A stretch of DNA of 64,000 nucleotides, taken from the NCBI GenBank assembly GCA_000934665.2, contig KZ538046.1, positions 1 through 64,000 on the forward strand. The letters are read 5' to 3'. Below are positions 24,214 to 38,700 of the stretch, one piece after another. How positions within the stretch are numbered: position 1 is the first letter of the stretch; the number at the start of each line of letters is the position of its first letter. The notes under the pieces are model-generated. The model made no database searches and was not told where the DNA came from. It saw only the letters and a list, made by a program, of their open reading frames with translations. Made by a program: the position numbers and the translations under genes. Source of the stretch: Catajapyx aquilonaris (taxonomy: Eukaryota).

Positions 24214-27095
24214 CTGAAACATTAGAGAGACACGGCTGTTACAACACCTCCTTTATTACTACTCCGACTCTAAACACTGTAACTAACGCATGCCATATGA
24301 GATCAATCGGAATATGGGGGGACCGGTATCATTTCGTGCATCTAGCAAGTAGTAATAGTAAGTAAGAAAAAAAGGAGTATTTATTGCTAGCGGGCTACCC
24401 TGTCTACAACATAATTGAAGCCTTTCAAATCGGACACAAAAAAGCAGCGCGGTGGCAACGTCTTTTCAATCCGACGGACAATCCAGTCGGGAATAAAACC
24501 TCCGAAAACATGGCATTATCAAGGAAGTTAATTAGTCGCCAGCTTGAATAAAACATACTTAGGATGAAAGTTGTATTTCATGAGAACTCGCCATTTTCGA
24601 CCGTCTCTGGAGGATTTTTTCCTCCCTAGCTCTTTTTCCTCCCCATCACCCCTTTTTTCCCTTCCCCTGATTGCTTTTCGGTCCCCTCAAAATTACCAAG
24701 ATTTTTAATCCCGAAAAGGTGGAGGAAGGAGGATTGTTCCATAATTTTCAAATTCCCCAATTTCCGCGGCTCTGTATATGACCTGCGGTGAGCAATGCTC
24801 GCCGAAAGGACGGCTTCACGCCGAGCAATTCATTAGCCCAGGAGATAAGAGCAGTTTTGACGAATTTCCGCGGGGAATTCCGCGGATTCGCCTCCAGCCC
24901 CTCGGATGCTGCAGATGGACCACAACACCTCCATAGTTTCCTCCACGTTCTATATACGCATTTTTTTTCCCTTTCTTTCCATGAAAGTCACATATAGCTT
25001 CCAAAATGGCGGGTTTCAAGACATAGGGGAGGGGAAAAATTTCTTCTTGAGTTGGCAGAATGAGGGGAAAAAATTGCTTCGAACCCCCTCCAAGGGGAGG
25101 GCCTTGTTCGAAATCAATATTCTTAGCATTTGTATAGTCGACGGTGCTTACGTCAGGGACACTGTCCCTTTGTCTTTTCCAAGTAGACAAAGTGGAAACT
25201 GAAGTTAATTTTCATCTCCTCCTCCTCTTGTCTTTTGGGCGTGGATTTTTCTAAAGACAAAAAATATAACGCTCCAGATTGATTGATCCCCGCCATTTTC
25301 GAGTGCCACGTATATATAACGGGCATCGGGAGGCTGCTGATCTTCTGGCGCCCAAATGGCGCCTGACGCTAAGACTTGCGTGCATTTCGCGTCCAAACAA
25401 CCAGCTGCATCAGACGGATCAAACCAAAAAGAGATGGGCCAGAATATCAATTGCATGAGTTTGTAAAATACATTTTTTTTCTAACCCCCCATCTTCTCTG
25501 TATCCTACACATGCAGCAGGCAGGCCTGGTCACGAAGCCTGCTGGGCTCCCGAAGATGCATACAACAGTTATTTGACGGGATGAGTGACCTTAATTGCAG
25601 GGAGAAAAACCTCCGGTGTGGCATCTGTTCCCGAAGAGAGGCCTGGGTCCTAGTGTTCTAACCTCTTCACCTGTAAATACTACACCAATAATCGTCATCA
25701 TCCCGTGATTGGATTTTAGGCGTGGGGAGGGCTTAAGTTTAATCCTCTTCGCGCCGACAGCTTCAATTCGAGCCGGGTGCTGCTGGCTGCATGCCACTAA
25801 AATACCGCCTTGGCTGTCGACTAATTTAGCGTATGGGGCTACGTTACGGACCAATTTATCCCTAATCGCCGCTTGGATTTGCTGGGAATGTACTGGCACG
25901 GAATTAAACAATAGTGGGCTTTACAGGCGCGATTATTTGTTAACATGGAGGAACTGCATCGTTTGGCCACCAAAGGTGCTGGGATGATGTTGAATAAATA
26001 TAAAAAAAAAGGTGTATGAACTCGTAGGGCGGGATTTGAAACACGCAAAATTCCAGGGGTTGTCATGTGTTGGTAATCTATCATTATTGCTGCATGCTTT
26101 ATGTATCGGAAGCTGTAAAACTAGTTAGCACGGCATGAGCGTATATGTGGGTTTGAATTTCATTTTGTGTAAATATTGAGGTACTCTACAATATTTTATG
26201 GCGCATTTTTTTGGACTGTCAATGGCGCATTTCTGGAACATTAATGGAAAGGAGCTGTGAAGGTTAATTACTTACACCAAACAGAACTAACGGTTTTTTA
26301 AGCAACCATGTATGACTATTTTAGTCCCTATTATAATTAACCTAAATTTCTACAGTTTTTATACCGCGCAAATTTGATCAGACATGAAATGTGACACTGC
26401 CAAGATACTGTACAATAATATCCACCAAGTTGGAAATAGAGAGAGCCCACACTAATGACTCACACATAATTGCCAAACTCGCAATTAATAAGACTCCTGT
26501 TTGTGCATTGCTCCATTGCTGTAATGAAATCTAACTTGGAACTGATAACTCCGGAGAGTGTATACTTTTCATTACAGAATAAGTTGGCCCAAGAAGGCTC
26601 GCGCGCAAATATTTATTCTTTGATGGTTTTTGTAGCTCTCCCCTTTCGGTTCTTAACTTCCCCCATACCTTGTCCCGTGCATGTGTGCATATCACTCCCA
26701 TCTTAAGCATCTGAGCCGCATTTTGATACTGTTTTTTGACCTATTATTATCGGGTCAGTCTCTCATTTCATTCCTTTTGAGCTCCCGGATAGCGACCTTT
26801 CCTTCTCCTCAGACACAGCTGCCAACTAGCTACGTGTGTTAAATTAATCCATCGCTACGCTCGACTAATGAAAAAACGGCGCAAAACGACATGCAGCAGG
26901 CAGCACCCCCTTTCCCCCGGTCCCTTTTCTTCTTTTTCTCTTATTAAAAGTCGCAGAGGCAGCCGGCAAAAGTATTTCCTTCTTCTGGCTCAGTCCACAA
27001 GTCGGGCGAAAAGAAAAGGGTGCTTTTTTATACGAAGAAATATGCTTCTGTTCCTTAAAAAGTATATATACGAAGAAGGGGGGGGGGGGGGGGGA

Positions 27096-27110
27096 NNNNN
27101 NNNNNNNNNN
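27096..27110. other. Assembly gap (15 N) next to a long G run; single Ns also at 14501, 21552, 57229 and 59601
   Basis: N characters in the sequence, each adjacent to a G or C homopolymer. Confidence 0.98.
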
Positions 27111-30100
27111 TTCTTCAGCTTCTTTTGAGCCTGACGCCGCTTTGGAGTATTACAAAAAAAAAAAAAACGCGGCAGATTTAAAAATTATTCCGCCTCAGGG
27201 AAATCCTAATCAATTGCGCTTTTTTTTTTAAAAAAAACGGGGAAATCAATCCCCAAGTTTTCTCCAACTCTGGATTTTTAGTGCTCATTTGGGTCCTGGC
27301 AAAGGCCAAATCGCAGCCATAAGCAATTAATGACCACTCCCCCCCCTCATTCAAAAAGCCCACTTTTTTATGGAAAAAGGTCTCCTAAAAATTGAGCGTC
27401 CAACTCTCCACATGCAAAACCGCACCCTCTTCTCTCTTCCTTCCGTCCGTCCCTTTTCCTCTTCTGCTGGAGAGTTATGGTTGTTCCTAATTGCCCCTTT
27501 CCTATGATGGCACCGAGCCTGGCCAACCGATCTGCCTGAGCCTCTTCGGCTTCATTAGCAGCCTCGCCTTCATTAGGGGCCGAATAACGATCGCAGGACG
27601 CCCTAACATTTCAACATTTTTTCCCCTGCCCATTCACCTTAATTTTCCGACATTACGTAAAATGATAGGACTCACTTTTTTTAAAAACTCAAATGGTCAA
27701 AACAAATGTGTCTGTGCATCAACTTTGAGTTGAATGAATGAAAAAAAATAATAATTCTGGCTCGCCCTACTCCCGAGTCCCAACCGATTTCACATTCCAA
27801 ATAGTCTGAACGAATTGGCCTTTTAGCCCCAACCAGGCGTGAATAGAAGTCCTCCAATAAAAATCTCATTTCTTGCGTGCGACTCCTCCGACTTGCACCA
27901 TCTATTCTATCCAGCCCGGAAGAACCGGAGATGAAATGAAGTGCAAATCCTGGCCTTCCTCTCTCTCCCTTCCCCCCCTTTTTTTTATCCATGAAGGAGT
28001 TGGCGAACAAGAAGGGTTGGGAGAGAAGAAGAAGAAAAAATCCGGGAGCTTTCTGGAGGGGTGGCAACAGGAGGATGGATCGGGGACATTAGAATCTGTC
28101 CGGGCAGAAAAAAAGGGCCCAGGAAACGAGGCAGAAGAGAGAAGGATTCTGGGCCGTAAATCCAGGCCGAATTCCTCCTCCTGCAATTAGTGCTCCCACT
28201 CACTACTACTCGGATTAACACCAAGAAGACTTGCCTCTGAGGGGGTACATGGGGAACAGAAAGTGGTGTTGTGGCCACCCCCACAACCCAACATCTTCAA
28301 GAAGAATGTCCACCCTGCTGTGTGTCAACAATGTGCCAAATATTTAAAAAAATAACAAGCAGTAGCAGTTAATATCACTGTTAGCAAACAATACCGGACA
28401 CTGATGGTAACAAAAATAATGGCAATTTTTTTGTGGTATGCATAGAACAGAGGCGGATTCTCGCAAATCTGTCCCAGGTGAGGGGGCTCGGCAGATGGCT
28501 GATTATCCGGCACAATTAGTCCGGCCTGAGTGGCTGCCTGCTTAATGATGGCGCCCCGTAGAATAACCTGAGTGGCAGATGTCGAGCACCTCGCGAAAAC
28601 TCTTTTCCAGCAGGAAGTCGTCAACTCGTGGTACATGTACCTCATCTTGCTTCATACACGCGTTCACAAAAAAAAAAAAATGCTGAGCAGGGTGGAAGGG
28701 GGGTAAAAACTGGACAACAGCACACGGGGGCCCAGCTCATCAACCTCGTTTTTACCACTGCGAAATTGCTGGTGAACTGTCAAAAAAACGGACATCTGGC
28801 GACAGCATTGTAAACTCATCACAAGTGGGTTAAAATTCCAGGCTTTCAAATAGTTCGCGATTGCCATCTATCTTGTCCTGCATGGGCACATCAACGGGCA
28901 AATTATCGTTGGACATGCTCGCAGTATACCTGTCGTTAAAAAATTCTGCTAGTAATGACCATCAGCCACTGTGTATGTAAATGTGCAGGTGGCTGCTAAC
29001 CATTGCGAATATTAATATGAAAAAAAGTATATTACTGTAATCGTTATTAAATCTGCTACTAAACAGCTGCGTTATATGCGCATTAATCATTGTCCGGAAC
29101 TGTTACAGAAGAGAGAAAAATGCGAGTAATGTCGACTATTGTTCAGAACAAATTCCTTAGGCTGGATTGTATCCCATATGTCACGTTTAACTATTATGAA
29201 CTGCTCACCAAACAACAGATAATAATGAAAGTCAGGCAGTTAACACTTGGTAGCGGCCTTAATGTGGGTGGTCGGATTGGTAGGCCAACAAAGAGAACAA
29301 CAGACAAGACATTTGGAGGTGAGAAGAACCCAGTCACGCCTGTAGTGAAACGCCAGATTGAGTTAACAACATTTGATATGATAATCACTAAGCTAAGAAT
29401 TTTTTTAAACGGGGAAACGGGAGCTAATAATAAATGTCAAAACTATATTTTCCTACTGTTTCACTTCCTGCCGAGGAAAACCAGTCCCGAGGACCTTCAT
29501 CAAGAAACACTTTCTCCTCAGGAATTTACCTCAAAATAAATCTGGTTATGATATTCATGACATACTAAACAAAACAAAACGTAACAAAACACGTTTTCCC
29601 GTATATAAAAAGTATAGTAAGCGATGTTTTTATGCCAACTCAAAATACTGGATCAACATGATGGACACTTCGAATATTATAATTGATTAGTGTACGTTTC
29701 TAAAATATTGTACATTTTTTCACTTGAAAAATAATTCAATATGCTTTACTTAGCAAAATACAAACAACTGCAATGTGACGTCAGTATACGCCAAATTCAA
29801 AATCGGGAGCATCGTCTTGGAAATTTCATTTTCCAACTGCCTTAAAATACAAGTGTGCATGTAGATGGATCCAGAAAATGCCATTAGTATGTTGAGTGTT
29901 CTCATCGCCTGAGAAATGAAATATGAAAATTCGTGCAGGAAGCCAAAGCGTACAAAAAAATTATATAAAAAAACCCCCTGAAAAATGCACAAGGCGGAAT
30001 CCCTAACGTCCGGAAAGCAATTCGCTTCCCGGAGTTTTCGTCCGGAATGGAGCGAGCGGACGCCAAATGCGATCCGATCACCCAACTTGCAAACTTTCCT

Positions 30101-33100
30101 CATTGAAGCCGCAACCGCTTGACTCCGCAAATTCGATTGCCAGACCCACCCGAAAAAGCGATGGAAAAAAGAAGACGCCAATAAAAAAGTTGGAAGAAGA
30201 TTTTGGGAGGAACAATTTCATCTGCGGCAGGACTATTGACACGTGGATTGAATATGAAGGACTGACGATAAATAGTAGGGGGGTTAATCAGGTGAACGGA
30301 ATCTATAGCTGCAGGAGAAAGTGCACGATAGGAATGAATAAACAGGGAAGTGGGGGGACGCAGATAGAACCATTTATCTATGTGATACCACGGGCTTGCA
30401 TTTGCTGATATGGTCACCCTCGGTCTGGTCAAATGGCACATGTTTACTTCCATTTATTAGAGCAGGCAATTGCGGTAGGGTGGCGCAAAATGGACAGAAA
30501 TAGTCGAAATTGTACGTCGTAAACAGTGCAATTCCATCGTTTCCGATTAGCCCTCCATAAAAGCACGGCAAACATCTCAAAAGAACGGCATGATTCACAT
30601 GACATTTAGGTTCATGTGCCACAATCTACTCTCCCAAAAGGTCGAGTTGTCAAACTTCATATATGCAGTTATGCCATCGTGAAATTTCGTTCAAAAGATA
30701 AGGGTGCTTCCCACATCTGCGATACAGCAAGCGTAACACACTATAATTTGCATCGATAAAAATTGGCCATTTTTTCCGCAAAACTAGAATATCACGCTTA
30801 TTCCTCCATGTCACGACCTATCAACACCTGACATGCATATCCGCAGTTTGCAACTCCAAACATCATCATCAAGGCTTTCTTAACACTCGAAACTGTTGGC
30901 AAGCAAGCCATGAATTTTTTAAGCAAAAAAGTGGCATATGGGCCTGAGGAAAAAAAGGGGGAGGTTGGAATTGAAAAAAGAAAAAGGGCAAATACGGGGC
31001 GTCCTTTGCCCCTCCCCGTCCGGCCCCGTGGGCAGGGAGAGGGTAGGCAGCGCCGCCCTTGCGGGGGTTGTCTGATTGACGGGGGCACCTAGCTTCCATC
31101 AAAACCATCCATCAACCATCCATCCATCCGACACAAGGGGGCCATGCTGCACGAAGATAAATATATACAAAAAAAAAAAAGCAACGCATGCGCACAACAA
31201 CAGTCGCCATGACACGCAAATGGTCGCCCCGATCAATCTTCGATCTGCACCGCCCCAAGAAGAATCAAGAAAAAAAAAAATAGTTAACGCTACCATCCGG
31301 TAATATTCCCACGCCCAATTCGCCATCCATTCTTATTTGTTGTTCCCAACCCATACTAGCAACTTGCTAGATGCAATAAGCTGTCACGAAACAAAAGGTT
31401 GAACAAAAGGTGTTGCCCTCCTTTACCTCCAACTGGTTTGGCATTATGCAGGTTCTAAACAGGAAAAAAGCAAAAATTGGCAGACTTTTACTGTTTTCCA
31501 CCACCCTCGACAAACGGTTACGACTCTCAGACAACTTCATCGGCCCCTGAAGAACTAACAACAACAAAAATATTCTGGCTTGAATAATTGGCAGGTGACA
31601 TTTGGAGAGTGATAACCAGAACGCGTGATTGGGCATTGCATGCAGTAGATTAGAAAGCAATAAAATTGCGCCTTTTTTTGCTGCCATGAACTTACAGCAG
31701 TTCATGAAGATTCAATCGCACCGCTGTTTATTTGCCAGGTAACCACGCACCAATCGGCATGTGCCTCTGAATCTACCGGTAATTTGCTGTCTGCAGAATG
31801 TACGTTAGAAAAAAAGGAAACAGTTAGGGAATAGGGGGGGCAGACACCTTCTGAATAGGATTTCGTGTTCAAGATGGGTCACCTGCCGCGCCCCTAAAGT
31901 AGGTTGAATGTGGTGCACGTGGTAGACGCGGCCACGGAACAAGGCCTCGTGGGTCACGCCTGCCCCTTCCGATGCCCAGCCCTGCCTTGCCCTTAGATAG
32001 ATGCATAACCCCCTCGAACCCATCTCCCGCCGAGCTGCTGCGTGGCAGCTGCCATCAGGCCAAAAGAGGACCAGTGGCCAACGATGCCCCAGAACGTGAC
32101 AAGAACACCTGGGAGTGTGTGCTCATATGGGGAGTGTGAACCGGACCGAATGTTACTGTCTGAATACATACAGCATCGGTAGGAGGACAAAGGCACGTCT
32201 CATTTTTATGAAGTGGCAGCCGCCATCAAGATTGCTATCGGCCAGAGCAGCTAATGCTTCATACACACTCAGGTAGGTCCACTGGGTCGACCAATCTCGC
32301 ATGTGTGGGTGTGCGTGCCCGGAGCTGCAACATCCGGAGTGCAGACCATTCTTCATTCAAGATGCCCTCCACTTCATCCATTCTTCACCTTCACCCGCAA
32401 GGACGACTTTGTCAACTTCACTGCCCAAAATCAAGTGTTAATCCCCCTCCTTCAAGTCCAGTTTTTTGTGATGGTGAGCTCCAATTTGTTTGGGGCCGAT
32501 TTTGATAGGTTAAAACATGCAAGCTGCATTTTAGAGGGAGACTCATAGTTTTCTTATCTGTTCCGTTGGGAGCAGTTGAACAGCCTCCAGTTATTACGGA
32601 GGATGCAGGAGTGAATCACTGGTTACGTCGATACACGAAATCCCTCTTCGTTTTTTTTCTCTTTTTCTCCCCCCTTCCTGAACCTTAGCCCACTCATTAC
32701 AACTATTGGAGCTTGAGCTCCGGCTTGCTATTATGCAGATCGTTTCTCTTATACATGCACTCTGCCAACTCGTCAGGGGCGTAAGCTCCTCATTCCGTGT
32801 ATCATTACTGCTTGGCGTTCAATTTGCCACGTAATCACGGTATGGAGGAGAAGAGCCCTGAAACACTATAAGTGAAAAAAAGAACGGCGTACTGCACCAT
32901 GTTCACTGAATGCTTCACTTAAAGTCCGATTCAGTCATAAGAATTAGGGAAAATGTGGAGCATCAATTGGTCAATTGGTCAGAGTGTAATAAATTACTTA
33001 CACATACTGCTGATAGGGGGTAAATAAACATCCAGAAATTAAATGCGGTTTTGTAATAATATTTGAATGAATTATAAATTATGAATCTGAATATCCTGTA

Positions 33101-35712
33101 ATTTTTAAGTTAACGTTGTCAGTATAGGAGAAAGATTTATTAGCTGCGTGAATCAGTTTCATGTCCAGTGAACCTATGCCCTCTGATGCCCGCGCGGTTA
33201 TCACGCTCCTATTCAATTAAGCCAAAGAAATGTACACATTTGACCCGAAGGTGGATGGGAGATGACTTTGTCCCTGGAAACTATCTGCCCGGCATTGCAT
33301 GGCGGTTGTTGCAAATCGGAGAGCCACGAAATGGTGGCAATGGCTGCGAGTATCTAGTGTTCCGATCACGAGAAGGGCAGCAAATTGGGGCCATTAGGGG
33401 CCAGCTGGCCACACCCCTTTGCCCCGAGCCCAGGAAGAGCGGCGCCCTTGCATCTGCTGGCTCCCAATAGCCCTCCATGGACCCTCCTCCTCTGACTCAT
33501 TCACCCCTGCTTGCATTTGCCAATTTCCATCTCTCCCCGATTGCCCGACCGCCGCCATTGACGATTCCAAACCATATACTCCCAAAGCACACACACAGAA
33601 AACCCTGAAGACAAGCCTCGTTTGTATATTATTAGAGTAAATCAGGGCGCAAAATTATAGCTGATAATTATCAGACATGGGGAGACTTCACTCATTTGAC
33701 TCGACGGAAACCTCTTCAGATCCTCGTGCATGTAATGGAGTTTGCTGTTGACCATCTAATTCAAGTGCTCTATACTGAGACACTCAATTCTGGCGCGCAT
33801 TATTCGTCTGATCAAGATAATGTATGCGAAAATTGCCGCAAAGTATTCTTCAACATGAATGGCTGACTGGAGACTTCAAACGCCTCCGGGCTAAAAATTA
33901 GTGTATTAATTTCATTTACGTGTCCTCAACCCCAGACACTTCAAAGCTCAAATCTTTGTGCAACAGTTATACGAGCAAGACGTTTATGTATATATCAAAA
34001 GGTTAGGCTTGTGTGAATCATGCAAACAATTATGGCTGAATGCAGAGAGGTTGCCTAACTTAAGCAATTATTACATATGTACTTAAGTGGAGTTTAGAAC
34101 TTGTATATTAAATCGAATTTAGAATGGTGACATCATACAATTTTACAGTATAACGTTTCTGATATATTTGCATTTTTCTATAGGACATAATATGTTATTG
34201 TGACATAACTAATGCCTGCAATATATAGTATGTCGCCTGCCGATGTATCCTGTATATACGCCAATATACAACTTTGGTTCAAAACTTGGCCTAGACCAAA
34301 ATGGAAGAGTCGGAGGGTGGTCGACTTCTTTCAAAGAAGATGTCTTGAAAAGGCGAGATTTTGTGCTGACTTAGCTCTGGTGGTGGCGAGGACCTCAAGA
34401 AGGAAAGAAAGAAAAAAGGAAAAGAAGAAGAAAAAAAGATGGTGATGGGGAGGATGGAGGGTTGCAGGGGGTGGAGGGGGAATTGAATTTGAACAGCGGA
34501 AAGAAGTTGGGAATTTCCTTGCGGAAAGACGGGGCTTGGCTTGCTTTGTTTGCAACTCAATTGTTTGGAACCGAGGCCTAATAAGGAAGGACAAGCCTTC
34601 CGATGTCAATGTCTTTTTATGCTCCGCCACGTTGGCCATTTTGTCCCCAAAGCACAAATTCTATTGCAACTTTTATTTGAACCGAAGAAAAATTTACAAA
34701 AGGGAGTCAAAAGCCCTGCAGCATAGACAAAAGAATAATGTCGAAGGCTGCGAAATTTTCTATAATTTGCTTTGGAAATGTGCAGATAATTACACAAAAA
34801 ATTAAGACTTCAACACTTCTGTCCAGGGAATTGCTGAAAATGTTACTTTGTAAGTCATTGCACGCCTATAAATTATTATGTACGTAGGTCGTAACAACTT
34901 GACTTCAATGTGAGGCATATGGCCTAAGCTCCGAGAACTAATTTTATTCCGGGGAGAAAATAGCACGATGTTGTAACGAATATTGCAGGCATCATCGAGA
35001 TAAATACTCAGTGAACTAATGGTTTCAACTATTTCTGTCGCATTACCAGTATGTCTCTAGAATAGGCCTATACATAGGCTTGTGTTACTAACATGTCCAT
35101 ATCGGGACTAATGAGAAGGTTAGGCCTACTATTTTTCCAGCTCTGCATTGACAGTGCTGTATCAAATACACGGTACATGAAAAAATTCATGCCGAAGTCT
35201 TTCTAATTTTAATGATTATCATCAGGTGAATGGCGCTCAATTGTCTACCATTATAACATGGAAAATTATCTACATATAATTATACAGTGAATGAATGGAG
35301 TTAACGTTGATGATGCTGTTACTCGCTCTGTGACTAATTAATACTTCACCTTAGTTTGAACATTTTTACAAAACGTACACTATATATAGACCCGTTTAAA
35401 ATTGAGCAATTGTGAGAAAGTTGCATTATTATGAGGTTCAGAGTTATAAGTGTGACAAGTGAGTGACATACACTTAAAAGTGAAATTGCTTATAATTCAA
35501 AACATTGGAAGATTTCTATTGCAAGAGGCTCCTGCGATGCAAATGACTACTATACCCGCGGTAGCTACAGGCAAAATGAATTCAGCTTACATATTACACT
35601 ATATTTCTAATATTTATATAATCAATAGGTAAACATATTTTCATCTGGTGTATGTATCAGAAAAGCATGTATCTTTAAGGCCTATATACTCAATAAACAG
35701 AATAGCAATTAC

Positions 35713-35713
<1 letters not shown>

Positions 35714-35747
<34 letters not shown>

Positions 35748-35749
35748 AT
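35714..35749. repeat. (AAAT)9 microsatellite
   Basis: Perfect tandem repeat read directly. Confidence 0.97.
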
Positions 35750-38700
35750 ATCTTCCTCGGCAGCCTCTGCGGTAGCACTACCAAAATTCAAAATAGTGCT
35801 ATTGTAATCATTTAAAAAAGCTCCAAGATAGGATTGATTATAAGTTGGTTATGGAAACGAAGGAAAGACCCAAGTGGCAGCAAATGTAGATTGTGAATGT
35901 GAAGATAATTAAATAATGGTCACCGCAGGCAATAAATCACCCCAAATATTGAAGGGCTACCAATCCCAGTGCGAAGAGACCACAACCCGCTCAAGAAATA
36001 CACATTCTGTCATTCTGAGAAAACCATCCAGCAATAATATCCAAAATTGATATAGCGGAAAATATCTTTCGTATCACGCCTACACTCACTGCCCAACAGT
36101 GATAAACAGTCCAGCTTCTGGGAAGCCCAGCAATAACCACCTCACTAAACAGTTTACGAGGCAAAGGCAAGGCGGCCTAATTGTCTAATTGTTATCATTA
36201 AAGGAATTCGATACCGGCATCAAATTAATTAGGAAAAAAAAACCGCCTGCAATTTTGCTCAAGCTCCTAAAAGAGTGCGCCTTGTTTATTTCTCATTAGC
36301 TGACAAAGTTCCACCCCCCTGCTTTAATAGATATTTCTCAAAATTGACTCTGCAGTTAATGAGACGTCTCCTCAGGTATATTCGTAGCGCCCATCTGACC
36401 TTTCAACCCTCCTATTGCAAATCGAACAGCGAGATGCACCGTCCCACCACCCTCCCTCCGAAAAGGAGCGCATGGGCGGATGCCACGTGGTTTGTCCCCT
36501 CCACCACCCCCCACCCCTCCACCCCACTAAAACACCCCCACCCAAAATCCTACCTGCTGTGGCAGATGCTGGTAGGGGGTGCACGGGTACAGAAACGGCC
36601 TCATATCAGGCGGCGAGGACTCCCGTCTCTCCGGCATCCTCACAACCTAACATGCACCGGGGGATGTTGTATTGACGCTACCGAAAAAGGGACTTCTTCA
36701 CTCGAGGCGATTCCCGCGACTGTGCTTATCTGGCAAAGGCGCCAGCGAAGGAACGGAGTTGGGGGAGGGTGGGAGGGTTGATAGGGTGGGAGGGGGGGGC
36801 GTAGTCCTTATTCATCCTGTGGGGTGGGTGGGTTGGGGCTCAGGTGAGCTTTATCACCCCGCGCACGCCATGGTAGTACCCCCACCGACCAAACACGTGC
36901 TTCATGAGCGGGCTAAACACTCGCGATTGGACAACCCCCAAGACGCCCACTCACCTTCAAACTCGCCAATTTTTTTTTGTTGATTAAATAATGCAAAAAA
37001 CCGAATCTAGAGTACTGGTAATGGCGCCGGGGGATGAGTGTGGTCAATCACCTACGATGCTGGCAAGTGGCCGTTGAACTGGGCGGTGGGCAGGTGAAAA
37101 ATGTTCACCTAGCTAGCTGATGCCCCCCACCACCCCGAAACCTCCTACCTGCAAAGCCACACCTGAAATCCAGTTATGCAGTTGCACCGGTCGCTATCAA
37201 ACAGCCTTAGGGACCCTTCATTCAATCGACCTGAATGCGCGACTTACATTGTGGGGGTCAACAATTTCATTCAAAAAATTAAGTGAGGCACTGTCCACAC
37301 AAAACGCATTTAGTAAATTTAAACACGAATTAAAAATCAGAGGGCTTGTTTACGATGTTCGTGAATCACTGGAGCTTACACTAATATATTTTGTTTTCTT
37401 TCAAATATCGATTGGATAAGAGCATGTTATTGACGATGTTGTTGGCGCCATTTTTGGCGCCACTTCTCCTGTGCATGTTCACCCTTGTGCTAATATGCTC
37501 AGCTTTTTGGAGTGTAGCAAAAACGGCAAGAAAAGAGAGACGTCCATGAACCTTTCTGGCTCCTCTTCCGCAGCCAAGAAGAAGAGTGCCATCATCGTCA
37601 TCCGGAGGCGGCCGTTGGCAAAAGGAAGGAAAGAAACAGCGACGCCATCCATTTTGAGGGGGGCGGCGAACTGCCCAAAAGACGTGGTGGGATCCAGCGC
37701 AATAAATAATACTCTAACTACCAAATTATGCGCCTCTCCCCGGTCTCCGGAGCAAAAGGAGGAAAAGGGAGGGCGACGGCGAAAATTCCCACACCTCCGG
37801 AAATCTCCGGACGCGCACTTTACGGCCATGCCCCTCCCTAAAAGTCACTTACACTGGTCCAATCCTTTTTACCCACCAGACGGAAGCAATAACTTTTCAG
37901 AAAACCCGGCTTTTTCAACGGAGGAATTCAGAGAAAATGTACACTCTAACAGTTGTTCAGTGGAATTTGTACAGAGAGCAAGTAGGAGTGCTTTTGCATG
38001 ATGTTCTTCTGGTCGTTATAAAGTAATGACATGCAGCGATTACTGGCAACCGTCCAGTTTACTTTGCATGGTCTGTGCAAAATTAATTCTACAGGGTATG
38101 AAATGTCAATGTCATTTTTAGCGAGGGGGGGAAAAGTCACTGGGCGGACAGGTGCATTGCTCGCATTGAGGACACGGTATATGTACACAAACACTGCGCA
38201 ATAATTGATTCCTCCACAAGATTGAAGAAATAGTCTAAAAATGTCCTTCATGCTGGTAAGTAATATGTAAACGGAAAATGTGTTAAATTTAGGAATTCAC
38301 CTTATTACAGGATTATCAGTTTTAAAAAACGTATCATGTCCCAAGACGATACATGTTACAGGTCTCTAACGAGTTTAGTGGAAAACCGGTGCTGATGTCT
38401 CTCCCGCATATGGGTCACCTGCACTTTTTGTGCCAGACATGTGCATCCAACGTAAGTGCGTGCTGAATGCGTGCAGATAAAAGCAATAAATAGTATCTTA
38501 TATGCCTTAATGAGTTGTAAAAAGCGTTCAATGCATGCTGAAGTATGTTCAAATTTTTATAATAAAAATCAAGGCATGTCGGAATAGCTATCAGAAGTCT
38601 GCTATGCATAATTATACCAAGTTCCTCGATAATGGCCATTATTAATTTACTTAATGTCAGCACCCTCAGTTTTTACCCTTTATCGTGCAATCAGTGGATA

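Noticed and set aside
26020..26100. B-box-like GTTTCAAATCCCGCC on the minus strand followed by a T run
   Set aside because: No clear A box or cloverleaf; too degenerate to call a tRNA or SINE.
26198..26248. Short 24-bp-period duplication (ATGGCGCATTT x2); similar case at about 20325-20362
   Set aside because: Only two copies, consistent with slippage; not a CRISPR-like or satellite array.
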